A stretch of 64,000 nucleotides of DNA from Patescibacteria group bacterium (GTDB lineage Bacteria > Patescibacteriota > Minisyncoccia > Minisyncoccales > Staskawiczbacteraceae), in assembly GCA_018829965.1 (NCBI GenBank), contig JAHJTG010000008.1, forward strand, positions 9,314-73,313. Reading direction: 5' to 3'. Below, piece after piece: positions 40,885-50,371 of the stretch (position 1 is the first letter of the stretch; every line of letters starts with the position of its first letter). The position numbers and the translations under genes were made by a program. The notes beneath the pieces are model-generated. The model was given only the letters and a program-made list of their open reading frames with translations. It searched no databases and had not been told where the DNA came from.

Positions 40885-40977
40885 AAAAAATGAAAATTCT
40901 AAATTCTAAGCACTAAATCCTAAATAAATTCAAAATTCAAATATTTAAATTATTGTGGCATTGCCACATAATCATTT

Positions 40978-41063
40978 CGCTCGGTTGAAATGAAAATTTC
41001 GGTTGTCAAAAATAAAAGTAAATTTTTATTTTCTCCTTTCTCAATTTTCATTTTTCCTCACTC
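40978..41063. repeat. About 85-bp element; inverted copy at 43322-43404
   Basis: AATGAAAATTTCGGTTGTCAAAAAT(A/G)AAAGTAAATTTTTATTTT shared in opposite orientation. Confidence 0.88.
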
Positions 41064-41110
41064 ATGATTATAAACACTTTTGGATTTTGGGTTTTGAAAT
41101 TTGGGCTTAT

Positions 41111-41356
41111 TTAGAGTTTAGAATTTGGGATTTGGGATTTAATAATGTGGATACATTGGACGGGACAACTATCAACTGCGGCTGTCGCGCACTCAATTTT
41201 ATCTGTTTCTAATTCTTCATTACCTGTTTTAGGGTCTCTTTTCCCGTTCTTTAAAGATGCCTTCCCATCGTCAATAACTTCAAAGTATTTTGGGCAAAGA
41301 GCGACGCAGGAACCGCATCCTATACATTTTTCTCTTTCAATAATAATTTTGCTCAT
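41111..41356 (-). CDS. Monocluster ferredoxin
   Basis: CIGCGSCVALCP...CPVQCI; last about 10 aa derive from heptamer repeats. Confidence 0.93.
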   Translation of the reverse strand: MSKIIIEREKCIGCGSCVALCPKYFEVIDDGKASLKNGKRDPKTGNEELETDKIECATAAVDSCPVQCIHIIKSQIPNSKL

Positions 41357-41375
41357 ATAATGTATAAAAAAATAA

Positions 41376-42239
41376 TTATACCTTATTTTTACTATTAAAC
41401 AACCTTATCTTATCCTCAACCACCCCTTTCACTGCTTTTACTGTTTCGGGCAAATATTTATATGGTGTAATCTCTTTAGGGTTTTCTTTTAAAAATTTCT
41501 TTAAAGTATCTGTATAAATTAGCCTTAATTCTGTATTAATATTAATTTTAACTATTCCTAATTTTATTGCTTTTTTAATATCTTTTTTCGGAGTCCCTGA
41601 CCCACCATGTAAAACCAGAAAGCTATCCTTTATATTTTTTTTAATATCTTTTAATTTTTCGAAATTCAAATTTGGATTACTCTCTGTACTTACACCGTGA
41701 AAACTACCGATACTTACGGCCAAACAATCAACCCCTGTTTCTTTTATATACTCTACGGCTTCTTTTAGATTGGTCAAATTTTTTTCTTCAATTTCAAATT
41801 TTCCCTCATAAACCTTGGATACATCAGTTCCTATTATCCCAATTTCACCCTCAACTAAAACTCCAAATTTTTTTGCATATTTTACAACCTCTTTTGTAGT
41901 TGAAATATTTTCTTTAAGAGAAAGCTTTGAGCCATCAAAGTGCACCATATCATAACCTAATTCAATTGCTTTCTTTATATAATCAAAAGATTTACCATGA
42001 TCTAGATTTAAAAAAATTGGCAAGCCAGTTTCCATCTGATAAGCCTTTTTCAAAGCCACTGCCTGCTTTAACCCTAAAAACCTACTTTCTCCCTCAGAAG
42101 TCCCCAAAATTATTGGGGAGTGCATTTCTTTTGCCGCCTCAATTATTCCTTCAAGTTGAGGTAGTTCAGAAAAATTAAATTGGCCTATCGCCCATTTCTC
42201 CCTTTTTGCTTTTTTAAAATAATATTCTAGGCTCTTCAT
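41376..42239 (-). CDS. fba: Class II fructose-bisphosphate aldolase
   Basis: LDHG, VEGEIG, GSFHG, LVLHGGSG, KININT. Confidence 0.94.
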   Translation of the reverse strand: MKSLEYYFKKAKREKWAIGQFNFSELPQLEGIIEAAKEMHSPIILGTSEGESRFLGLKQAVALKKAYQMETGLPIFLNLDHGKSFDYIKKAIELGYDMVHFDGSKLSLKENISTTKEVVKYAKKFGVLVEGEIGIIGTDVSKVYEGKFEIEEKNLTNLKEAVEYIKETGVDCLAVSIGSFHGVSTESNPNLNFEKLKDIKKNIKDSFLVLHGGSGTPKKDIKKAIKLGIVKININTELRLIYTDTLKKFLKENPKEITPYKYLPETVKAVKGVVEDKIRLFNSKNKV

Positions 42240-42318
42240 ATCCTACGAATTACGCTGGACCCCGCAGGGGACTCCCCGAAGGGTTGCTTAAATCGAATTA
42301 CGAATTTCTAATACTGAT

Positions 42319-43293
42319 TTATATTTTGGATTTTGTAATCTTCACCTTACCGAATTTCTCATTTTTTTTCAAGAGTCCAGTCTTCGCACCGATTTTTTTA
42401 AGACAAGAAACATTGTTGGCCATACCTAATTGCTCAGCATATTCTATATCGCCTTTTGATTTTATAAACCCGGAAACAAATCCAGAATTGCCAGCATCGC
42501 CAGCGCCGGTCCTGTCAAGCACTTTTATTTTCGGCACCTCGGCATAATAGATATATTTCCCATCAGAAGCCACTCCCCTTTTACTATTTCCCATCATAAC
42601 AATCCCCGGGCAAAACTCATCTAATTTCTTAAATATTTCTTTTTCTTTTTGATAAGGGACTTTTGTCAAAAAAGACGCTTCTTCCTGATTTAAAAACAAT
42701 ATGTCCACTTTTTTGAGTATTTTCTCCAATCTTTTAATCGGTAGATTAAGTTGACAATTGCCTGGATTCAAAGCCACCTTAATCTTATTCTTATATGCAA
42801 AATCAATTATCTCTCCGAATTTACTGCATAATGAACCTGAAAGCGGAGCAATATAAAACCATTTTGCCTGAAGTTTTTTCCAGGAAATATCTTGTTTTTT
42901 TAATTCTCCCGATGCTCCGCGGTAAACAAATGCCGTCCTCTCTCCTTTAGAGTCGATAAAGATTATAGAGTGATTTGTCGGTTTTTCTTTCTTAATAATA
43001 AAATTAGTATCGACGCCGAACCCGTCAAGTTCTTCAATTATCTCCTTGCCTGCTAAATCATCTCCAACAGCTCCACAATAAGCAACCTTAAACCCTTGGT
43101 TTGCAAAAGTTGCCGCAGTGTTTGTCCCGCCTCCTCCAGAAGAAAAAAATATTTCCTCAATATCAATTTTAGAACCAAGATTAAAACAAACTCCTTTTCC
43201 GGTAACAAAACCCTTCCCACTCGCTGTTTTTAATTTATCTGTCTTTAAAAATATATCTTTCGCAGCGGAACCAAACGTTATGATATCGTACAT
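42319..43293 (-). CDS. PfkB-family carbohydrate kinase
   Basis: GGGGTN, VGDDLAG, NQEEA, DRTGAGDA; start corrected to MYDII. Confidence 0.93.
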   Translation of the reverse strand: MYDIITFGSAAKDIFLKTDKLKTASGKGFVTGKGVCFNLGSKIDIEEIFFSSGGGGTNTAATFANQGFKVAYCGAVGDDLAGKEIIEELDGFGVDTNFIIKKEKPTNHSIIFIDSKGERTAFVYRGASGELKKQDISWKKLQAKWFYIAPLSGSLCSKFGEIIDFAYKNKIKVALNPGNCQLNLPIKRLEKILKKVDILFLNQEEASFLTKVPYQKEKEIFKKLDEFCPGIVMMGNSKRGVASDGKYIYYAEVPKIKVLDRTGAGDAGNSGFVSGFIKSKGDIEYAEQLGMANNVSCLKKIGAKTGLLKKNEKFGKVKITKSKI

Positions 43294-43321
43294 AATATGA
43301 AAATTTTTAATAATTGGCAGC

Positions 43322-43404
43322 GAGTAAGGAATGAAAACTGAGGGAGGAAAAAATAAAAATTTACTTTCATTTTTGACAACCGAAATTTTCATTCCGAGCG
43401 AGCG
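43322..43404. repeat. Inverted copy of the 40978-41063 element
   Basis: Reverse complement aligns over about 80 nt. Confidence 0.88.
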
Positions 43405-43438
43405 AACCAATTATATAGATTATTTATAATCTCTATTT

Positions 43439-43639
43439 TTAATTAATTTCAAATTTTTCAACTAAATTCTCTTGTTTTTTGGAATATTCAACAGGATTAA
43501 TTTCTTTTCCATTTATAAAACTTTCGTCTTCAAGTCCCACAGCAACCCAACGCCATTGCTTTTTTCCGTTGATAATACATTTTATCGCCTGCAAATGTGT
43601 ACCAGTAGAAAAAATTGTCATATTTTTAATTTTTGACAT
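43439..43639 (-). CDS. Small hypothetical protein
   Basis: 66-aa ORF co-oriented after the methyltransferase. Confidence 0.6.
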   Translation of the reverse strand: MSKIKNMTIFSTGTHLQAIKCIINGKKQWRWVAVGLEDESFINGKEINPVEYSKKQENLVEKFEIN

Positions 43640-43652
43640 ATTTTTATAATTA

Positions 43653-44555
43653 TCAATTGAATAATGTATTTTGTTCTTGCAAAAATTTTTTTATTCTTTG
43701 CCCAGATAAATCACAATATTTTCTATCTATATCATAACCGACATACTTTCTATTAGTTTTTAGAGCAGCGATACAGGTTGTCCCAGCTCCAACGAAAGGA
43801 TCCAACACGACATCTCCTTCAAAAGTATAAAGTTGAATTACGCGATAAGGTAAATCAACTGGAAATGGTGCGGGGTGTCCAATTTTTCTTGCCCTTTCAG
43901 CTGAAAATCTCCAAATACTTTTTGTAAATTCCAAAAATTCTTCCTTACTTATAGTGCTCTTTTTTTTCTGTAAATTAGAACGACTAAATGTATCCTTGCA
44001 GAAAACAAGAATATATTCATGGACATCCCGCAACACAGGATTGTTTGCTTTTAAATAAGACCCCCAAGCAGTGGACGGACTTGCGCTGTTTCCTTTATCC
44101 CAAAGAATTTCGCCACGCATCAAGAAACCCAATGCATTCATATCTTCAACAATATAAGAGTGAAGTGGCAAATATGGTTTTCTGCCCAAATTAGCAACAT
44201 TTATGCATACCCTACCGCCAGGAACTAAAACTCGGTGCGTCTCTTTAAATACTCTTTTTAATAATTCTCTATATTCTTTGAGAGATAAATTTTTATCGTA
44301 TTCTTTCCCAACATTATACGGAGGGGAAGTAACCATCAGATGGACACTATTATCTGGAAGTTCTGTCATCGCCTCACTACTTTTACAAAAAATTTTGTTT
44401 ATATTTTGAGGAAGAATTTGATTTTCAATATAATCAACATCTTTTCCGTTATTCAACCCCTCATATAATCGACCTGCATAAAATACAGCAGAATCGTGAT
44501 TTATTTTTGCAGGAGCGCCGAATGAACTTGTTTTAGAGCCGTTAGTAATTTTCAT
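43653..44555 (-). CDS. DNA amino-methyltransferase, beta class (N4-C/N6-A)
   Basis: TSPPY precedes HPAPFP and DPFVGAGTT. Confidence 0.94.
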   Translation of the reverse strand: MKITNGSKTSSFGAPAKINHDSAVFYAGRLYEGLNNGKDVDYIENQILPQNINKIFCKSSEAMTELPDNSVHLMVTSPPYNVGKEYDKNLSLKEYRELLKRVFKETHRVLVPGGRVCINVANLGRKPYLPLHSYIVEDMNALGFLMRGEILWDKGNSASPSTAWGSYLKANNPVLRDVHEYILVFCKDTFSRSNLQKKKSTISKEEFLEFTKSIWRFSAERARKIGHPAPFPVDLPYRVIQLYTFEGDVVLDPFVGAGTTCIAALKTNRKYVGYDIDRKYCDLSGQRIKKFLQEQNTLFN

Positions 44556-44577
44556 TTATATTTATATTTTAATTTTA

Positions 44578-45207
44578 TTATTCCTTCCAATAATCAACCC
44601 ATTTTTTATATGGATCATAATCTAATTTGGTCTTTTGCCATGTTATTTTAATAAAATTTGTTCCTTCAGAATCAACTATTTTTGATAACGCCTCTTTTGT
44701 AATTTCAACCCCTCTTGGGTTTGTACCGGGTTTAGGAAGTTTGATATATTTTTTACGACCCATTTCTCCAAATATCTTTTTCTGAATTTCTAATGGAATA
44801 TAATAAAATCCACCGACAGAACCCCAATTTATTTGAATCAATAAAATATCACAATTAGGATAATAATTCTCGCGAAACTCTTTCGCTTTTTGAGCGTCTA
44901 CTGTCCAAACTAATTTAACACCGCTAAATCCCTTACCTGTAATTGTTTTTATAGAAATTGGTTCACCAAATAATTCAACATCAATTTCTGCTTTAGTAAT
45001 TGGGATATCTGTTTTCACATTTTCCTCTCCAAATCTATGAATTAACAGGGCGACTAGCATTCTTTCTCGAAGAGAACCTACTTCCATTCCAACCTTACCA
45101 GCTCTTGAGCTTTCTATTTCGGCAATTTGAAATAAATATGGTAAACGTTTTTTAATTTTATCTATGAGCTCTTGGTCCTCAAATATTTTTACTAAATGAT
45201 TTATCAT
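44578..45207 (-). CDS. Type II restriction endonuclease, ThaI-like
   Basis: GMEVGSLRE, EIDV...ISIKT PD-(D/E)xK-like core, VWTVD, NPRGVE; adjacent to the MTase. Confidence 0.8.
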   Translation of the reverse strand: MINHLVKIFEDQELIDKIKKRLPYLFQIAEIESSRAGKVGMEVGSLRERMLVALLIHRFGEENVKTDIPITKAEIDVELFGEPISIKTITGKGFSGVKLVWTVDAQKAKEFRENYYPNCDILLIQINWGSVGGFYYIPLEIQKKIFGEMGRKKYIKLPKPGTNPRGVEITKEALSKIVDSEGTNFIKITWQKTKLDYDPYKKWVDYWKE

Positions 45208-45229
45208 TTTTAATTTTTTAATTTTAAGC

Positions 45230-45470
45230 TGTCGAGCGAGGCGACGAGTTTGAAAGTAAATTTCGCAGGCTCAATTCCTAAACTGTCGAGCGAGGCAATA
45301 ATGTATACGGGAGCACTTCGAATAGTTAAGCAAGGTAGTAGTTATAAAAGTGCCTCTCGCAGGCGATTTTGCATGGTCCACCGCCAAAGCGGGGGAAAAT
45401 CGCCGAGAGTGGAGATGACCAAACCTCGCAGGGGTTTGGATTATCGCCACTTTTATGGCTACTACCGAGC
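45230..45470. repeat. Structured element, homologous to 53781-53970
   Basis: Shared ordered blocks GAGGC.AC.AGTT, AAAGTAAATTTCGCAGGC, CATGGT, GCCGAGA, AGAT, AAACCTCG, TATCG. Confidence 0.8.
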
Positions 45471-47900
45471 GCCCTTCTCTTTCTCCGCAACAATCAAATG
45501 GGTTTTTAAAACTACATTTGGGCTTAAAGACATTGACTCAATACCCTCTTCTATTAAAAATTCAACAAATTCAGGATAATTAGACGGCGCCTCGCCACAT
45601 ATCCCGATATATTTCCCTTTTTCCTTACATACTCTGATTGCTTCTGAAATCATTTCTAAAACTGATTCGTTTCTTTCATCGCCGATGTAAGCAATTCCTC
45701 CATTGTCCCTGTCTAATCCCAAAGTCAATTGAGTCAAATCATTGCTACCGATTGAAAAACCATCAAATATTTCCAAGAACTTATCTGCCATAATAACATT
45801 AGACGGGATTTCGCACATGACAAAAATCTTAAGATTTTTGTCATCCCGCGAAGCTCCATCTTGCGGAGCGGAGTGGGATTCTCTTTTTAATCCCGTTTTC
45901 TCTATCAATTCTACCACTTTTTTGCCTTCTTCAACGGTTCTGCAGAAAGGAACCATTACATTTACATTTTTTAAACCAAACACATCCCTTACCCTTTTTA
46001 TTGCCACGCATTCCATTAAAAATGCCGGCTGGTATTTTTCTGAAATATACCTGCAGGCTCCCCGAAATCCGAGCATTGGATTTGCCTCCCCCTCTTCATA
46101 AAGAGAACCTCCTATTAAATTTTTGTACTCATTAGTTTTAAAATCAGAAAACCTTACAATAATTTCTTTTGGATAAACTGCGGCAGCTATTTGAGCAATA
46201 CCCTCTGCTAATTCTTTAACAAAGAATTCTTTTTTGTTTTTATGCTCAATTGTAATTTCTTGGATTTTCTTCTTTAATTTTGCGTCTTTTATTTTTTCAA
46301 AATTATAAAGAGCCATCGGATGAACCTTAATTTTTTCAGCAATTATAAACTCTTCTCTTGCTAATCCGATTCCCTCATTTGGCAAAAACGACGCTTTAAA
46401 AGCTGTTTGAGGGTCACCGATGTTCATCATTATTTTAGTTTTAATCTTCGGGATGCTGGATAAATTTGTTTTCTTAACCTCAAAAGGAACGTTTCCTGAA
46501 AATACTCTTCCTTTCATACCTTGCGTACAATCAACTGTCACAATTTGTCCAGTCTTCAGAATTTTTGTAGCTGTTCTACTACCAACAATCGCAGGAACTC
46601 CCAACTCCCTGCTAACTATTGCCGCATGACAAGTTTTTCCACCCTCATCTGTTATAATTGCTGAAGCAATTCTCATTACAGGAACCCAATCAGGGTCTGT
46701 CATTTTAGTTACTAAAACATTGCCGGGTTTGAACTGACTAATTTTTGAAGCGTCTTTAATTATTTGAACCTTGCCAACTCCTATTTTTTCACCAATTGCT
46801 ATACCTGATAAAATTGGCGGTTTATCGGTTTTTATTTGATACTCTTCTAAAACTCTCTCACCTTTAGGCATATGAACGGTTTCCGGCCTTGATTGAACGA
46901 TATATAGCTGGCCAGTTTTACCATCTTTTGCCCATTCAATATCTTGAGGCATCCATTTTTTAAATTTTGCAGAATAATGGTCCTCTATAATCACCGCCCA
47001 TTTAGCTAAAGTTAAAATTTCCTCATCATTTAAAGAAAATTTTAATTGCTCTGATGGCTTAACTTTGATTTCTTTTAATCCTCCTTTCTGCGAATAAATA
47101 TCTTTTATTGTTTTCCTTCCTAAATTCTTTACAATTATAGGATTGAATCCTTTTTTCAGCGTAGGCTTGAAAACATAAAATTCGTCTGGGGTAATTCTCC
47201 CTTTAACAATTAATTCTCCAATTCCCCATATTGAGTTTATAAGAACGATATTGGGGAATCCTGTTTCAGTATCTAACGTAAACATTATCCCAGAAGAAGC
47301 TAAGTCAGATCTTATCATCTTTAAAACCCCGACCGATAAACCGAACTCTAATTGATTTATCTTTTTCTCATCCCTATAGGCAATCGCCCTGTCGGTAAAA
47401 GTTGAAACAATGCTTTTTCTTACTGCATCCAACAATTCTTCGTTTCCTCTTACATTAAGATATGTTTCAAATTGACCGGCAAACGAAGCATTAGGCATAT
47501 CTTCGGCAACGCCAGACGTTCTGACAGCAATATCCGGATCTGGACCGAACTTTTCAGCTAATTTTGCATAAGCCCCGAGAACCTCTGCCTTCAAATTATC
47601 TGGGAATACACCTTTTAAAATAGCCTCTCTGGATAATCTGCCAACCTCCTGAATACTTTCTATTTTTTGAGGATTCAAATTTTTAAATATTCCTTCAAGA
47701 ACCTTGTTTAACCCGTTCGCCTTCAGAAAGTTCCAATAGAAATTAGTTGTCAAAGCAAACCCTTCGGGCAAGTTCACGCCTTTTGGAACGAGATTAACAT
47801 ACATTTCCCCCAATGAAGCATTCTTGCCTCCGACTAATGGAACATCTTCAATTCCAATTTCTGATAACCATAAAATATTTTTTTGTGATTTTTCTACCAT
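45462..47900 (-). CDS. ppsA: Phosphoenolpyruvate synthase
   Basis: VGGKNASLGEM, SFAGQ, DIEWA, TCHAAIVSRELG, SIGSNDLTQ. Confidence 0.97.
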   Translation of the reverse strand: MVEKSQKNILWLSEIGIEDVPLVGGKNASLGEMYVNLVPKGVNLPEGFALTTNFYWNFLKANGLNKVLEGIFKNLNPQKIESIQEVGRLSREAILKGVFPDNLKAEVLGAYAKLAEKFGPDPDIAVRTSGVAEDMPNASFAGQFETYLNVRGNEELLDAVRKSIVSTFTDRAIAYRDEKKINQLEFGLSVGVLKMIRSDLASSGIMFTLDTETGFPNIVLINSIWGIGELIVKGRITPDEFYVFKPTLKKGFNPIIVKNLGRKTIKDIYSQKGGLKEIKVKPSEQLKFSLNDEEILTLAKWAVIIEDHYSAKFKKWMPQDIEWAKDGKTGQLYIVQSRPETVHMPKGERVLEEYQIKTDKPPILSGIAIGEKIGVGKVQIIKDASKISQFKPGNVLVTKMTDPDWVPVMRIASAIITDEGGKTCHAAIVSRELGVPAIVGSRTATKILKTGQIVTVDCTQGMKGRVFSGNVPFEVKKTNLSSIPKIKTKIMMNIGDPQTAFKASFLPNEGIGLAREEFIIAEKIKVHPMALYNFEKIKDAKLKKKIQEITIEHKNKKEFFVKELAEGIAQIAAAVYPKEIIVRFSDFKTNEYKNLIGGSLYEEGEANPMLGFRGACRYISEKYQPAFLMECVAIKRVRDVFGLKNVNVMVPFCRTVEEGKKVVELIEKTGLKRESHSAPQDGASRDDKNLKIFVMCEIPSNVIMADKFLEIFDGFSIGSNDLTQLTLGLDRDNGGIAYIGDERNESVLEMISEAIRVCKEKGKYIGICGEAPSNYPEFVEFLIEEGIESMSLSPNVVLKTHLIVAEKEKGAR

Positions 47901-47902
47901 AA

Positions 47903-49258
47903 TTAATAACGAGTTAACGCCCGAAGGGCGATGATTCCTCTTTTTAATTCTCCGTAGTTAGGAATATTATTATCTTCCAAAAATTTAATCGCTTCAGAAG
48001 ACATTTTTCCGCCTAAAAAGAAGCAAACGATTGGCTTTTTCGGAAAAAGCCGCTTAGCTTCTACAATTATTTTAGCATTTTCCAAAGGGTCTGTCATAAT
48101 CTGCGGTGTTTGTATAATTATCAATCCTCTAATGTTTTTCTGGCTTAAAACCGCCTCAATAGCAACTTTGTAGCGCGCCGGTGAAGCATCTCCGACAATA
48201 TCAATTGGATTAGATTTAGACCAGAGAGAAGGCATCTCCGCAGAACCAGAAATTCTAGAGATGGTATCCTTTGAAAGTTCGGCTAAATTAATTCCCTGGC
48301 TTTTGCAATAATCTGCGGCTAAGACTCCGCATCCTCCCCCATTTGTAATTATTGCTACGGAGTTTTCGCACTTCGACTCTAAAGCTAAAATCTTTGAAAC
48401 ATCTAAAAGCTCTTCCAGGGAATCAGTTTCTATAACCCCTGACTGTTTAAAAGCAGATTTATAGACTTGGTAATCCCCGGCCATTGTTCCGGTGTGACTT
48501 TTAATAGCTCTCTGCCCTTCGTAATTCTTCCCAGCCTTTATGACAATTATTGGCTTTTTAGACACAATTCTCTTTGCTATTTCCATAAACTTTCTGCCGT
48601 CTTTCAGCCCTTCCAGATATAACGCTATGACTTTGGTTTCTACGTCTTCAGCAAACGATTTCAAGAAATCAGTTAGAGTAACGCCAGCTTCATTGCCGTA
48701 AGAAACCATGGAGGAAATTCCGTAATTCTCTTCTGCCGCCTTATCCGCTAAAATATCAAGGATTGCTCCTGATTGGGAAATGAGGGCGACATTTCCCTTA
48801 GGCGGAGTTGCTGGAGCAAAAGAAGCATTAAGATTGTTTTTCGTATTAATAATTCCCAGGCAATTGGGCCCGACAAGAGCTATTCCCGCCCTGCACGTCA
48901 TTTCCGCTAATTCATTCTGGATTTTTTCTCCTTTGCTTCCAATCTCGCTGAAACCGGCTGAAATAACTATTATGCCTCCTACCTTTTTTTTACAGCAATC
49001 TTCAACCACTTTAAGAACAATGGAAGCAGGAACCGCGACAATTGCCAAATCAACCACTTCGGGAATATCTGTAATTATAGGGAAAGTTTTTCTGCCGAAA
49101 ATTTCATTCTGATTCGGATTAACTAAAAAAACTTTCCTTTCTCCTTCTCCTAAAAGCATATTTTTAACAAGACCTGCACCGACAGATCCGATTCTGTCCG
49201 TCGCCCCTATAATCGCCGCTGTCCGCGGATTAAAAATTCTTCCTAATTTATTTACCAT
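47903..49258 (-). CDS. ADP-forming acetyl-CoA synthetase, alpha subunit
   Basis: AIIGAT, GPNCLG, SQSG, KSHTG, TNGGG, NPIDIVGDA. Confidence 0.9.
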   Translation of the reverse strand: MVNKLGRIFNPRTAAIIGATDRIGSVGAGLVKNMLLGEGERKVFLVNPNQNEIFGRKTFPIITDIPEVVDLAIVAVPASIVLKVVEDCCKKKVGGIIVISAGFSEIGSKGEKIQNELAEMTCRAGIALVGPNCLGIINTKNNLNASFAPATPPKGNVALISQSGAILDILADKAAEENYGISSMVSYGNEAGVTLTDFLKSFAEDVETKVIALYLEGLKDGRKFMEIAKRIVSKKPIIVIKAGKNYEGQRAIKSHTGTMAGDYQVYKSAFKQSGVIETDSLEELLDVSKILALESKCENSVAIITNGGGCGVLAADYCKSQGINLAELSKDTISRISGSAEMPSLWSKSNPIDIVGDASPARYKVAIEAVLSQKNIRGLIIIQTPQIMTDPLENAKIIVEAKRLFPKKPIVCFFLGGKMSSEAIKFLEDNNIPNYGELKRGIIALRALTRY

Positions 49259-49874
49259 AAGATAATATTTTAAAATCAACTGCTAGCACCTTCTTCTCGT
49301 TGGCTATAACAGGATTCAGGTCTATTTCTTCTATTTCCTTCTCTTTTATTAAAAGATTTGAAACGCTGACAACAATAGAAACTAATGATTTAAAATTTAT
49401 CGGCTTTTCTCCCCGAGAACCAGCTAAATAATCATATCCCTGCAATTCTTTCAACATCAATCTGGCTTCGACTGCTGATACCGGAGCAACTCTTAACGAA
49501 AAATCTTTGATTATCTCTGTGAATATTCCGCCAAGACCCACTAAAACAACAGGGCCGAATTGAGAATCCCTTTTTGCGCCGATTATAATTTCTTTTCCAA
49601 AAATTGTTTCTTGTACAAGAACACCTTTTGCTTTTTTCATTAATTTTTTAAAAGAAGACTTCAATTCTTTTTCATTGTTTATCCCTCCAATCACTCCTTT
49701 TATATCCGTCCTATGAAGAATATCTTTCCCATAAGCTTTTAAAAACACTGGGTAGCCTATTTTTTCAGCCGCAATCAAAGCTTCTTTCTCCGAAACAACA
49801 AAAAAAGTTCGGCAAATTGGAATTTTGTATTTAAAAAGAATTTTTTCAGCGGATTGAAAATTAATTAATCCCAT
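49248..49874 (-). CDS. ADP-forming acetyl-CoA synthetase, beta (ATP-grasp) subunit
   Basis: IGYPVFLK, HRTD, DSQFGPVVLVGLGG, EIDLNP. Confidence 0.9.
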   Translation of the reverse strand: MGLINFQSAEKILFKYKIPICRTFFVVSEKEALIAAEKIGYPVFLKAYGKDILHRTDIKGVIGGINNEKELKSSFKKLMKKAKGVLVQETIFGKEIIIGAKRDSQFGPVVLVGLGGIFTEIIKDFSLRVAPVSAVEARLMLKELQGYDYLAGSRGEKPINFKSLVSIVVSVSNLLIKEKEIEEIDLNPVIANEKKVLAVDFKILSYGK

Positions 49875-49877
49875 AAT

Positions 49878-50288
49878 TTAACTTGCTTTTGATAAATAAA
49901 ACATATAATATATCGCTAAACCTACTACATACAGAAACCAATAACCAATAGCTGTATTATAAATAATCTTCTTTTCATTTTTTGATATGGTTTTTAAGAC
50001 AGACTTCTTCCCCTTCTTCTGTTTTTTGGCAAAAAAACTAATAAGCCTTAAAAATAAATATATTAAAATCGGGAAAACAGTAAATCCTAAAATTAGATAA
50101 AATACAAAAAATAGGATATTAAAAAAACTCTGAACTTGAACGTGAGTTTCGCTATCAATTATCAAGAATGTATCGTAAAAGGTAAAAAGAAGCCAGAAAA
50201 AAGATAGGGTAATCACAACCGCCACAAAACTTGCCGAACAATACCCCACTAACTTAGGTATCTTTTTTAATTTTCTCGCTGTTGCCAT
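49878..50288 (-). CDS. Hypothetical membrane protein
   Basis: Three TM segments. Confidence 0.7.
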   Translation of the reverse strand: MATARKLKKIPKLVGYCSASFVAVVITLSFFWLLFTFYDTFLIIDSETHVQVQSFFNILFFVFYLILGFTVFPILIYLFLRLISFFAKKQKKGKKSVLKTISKNEKKIIYNTAIGYWFLYVVGLAIYYMFYLSKAS

Positions 50289-50371
50289 AATTATTTCTTT
50301 ATTATACCCCGTAGAATAAATTTAACAAACTAAAAAGGCCCACACATGCAGGCCTTTTTTTATTTACAAAC

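Noticed and set aside
45250..45579. 109-aa plus-strand ORF
   Set aside because: It runs through a structured repeat and the antisense of ppsA.
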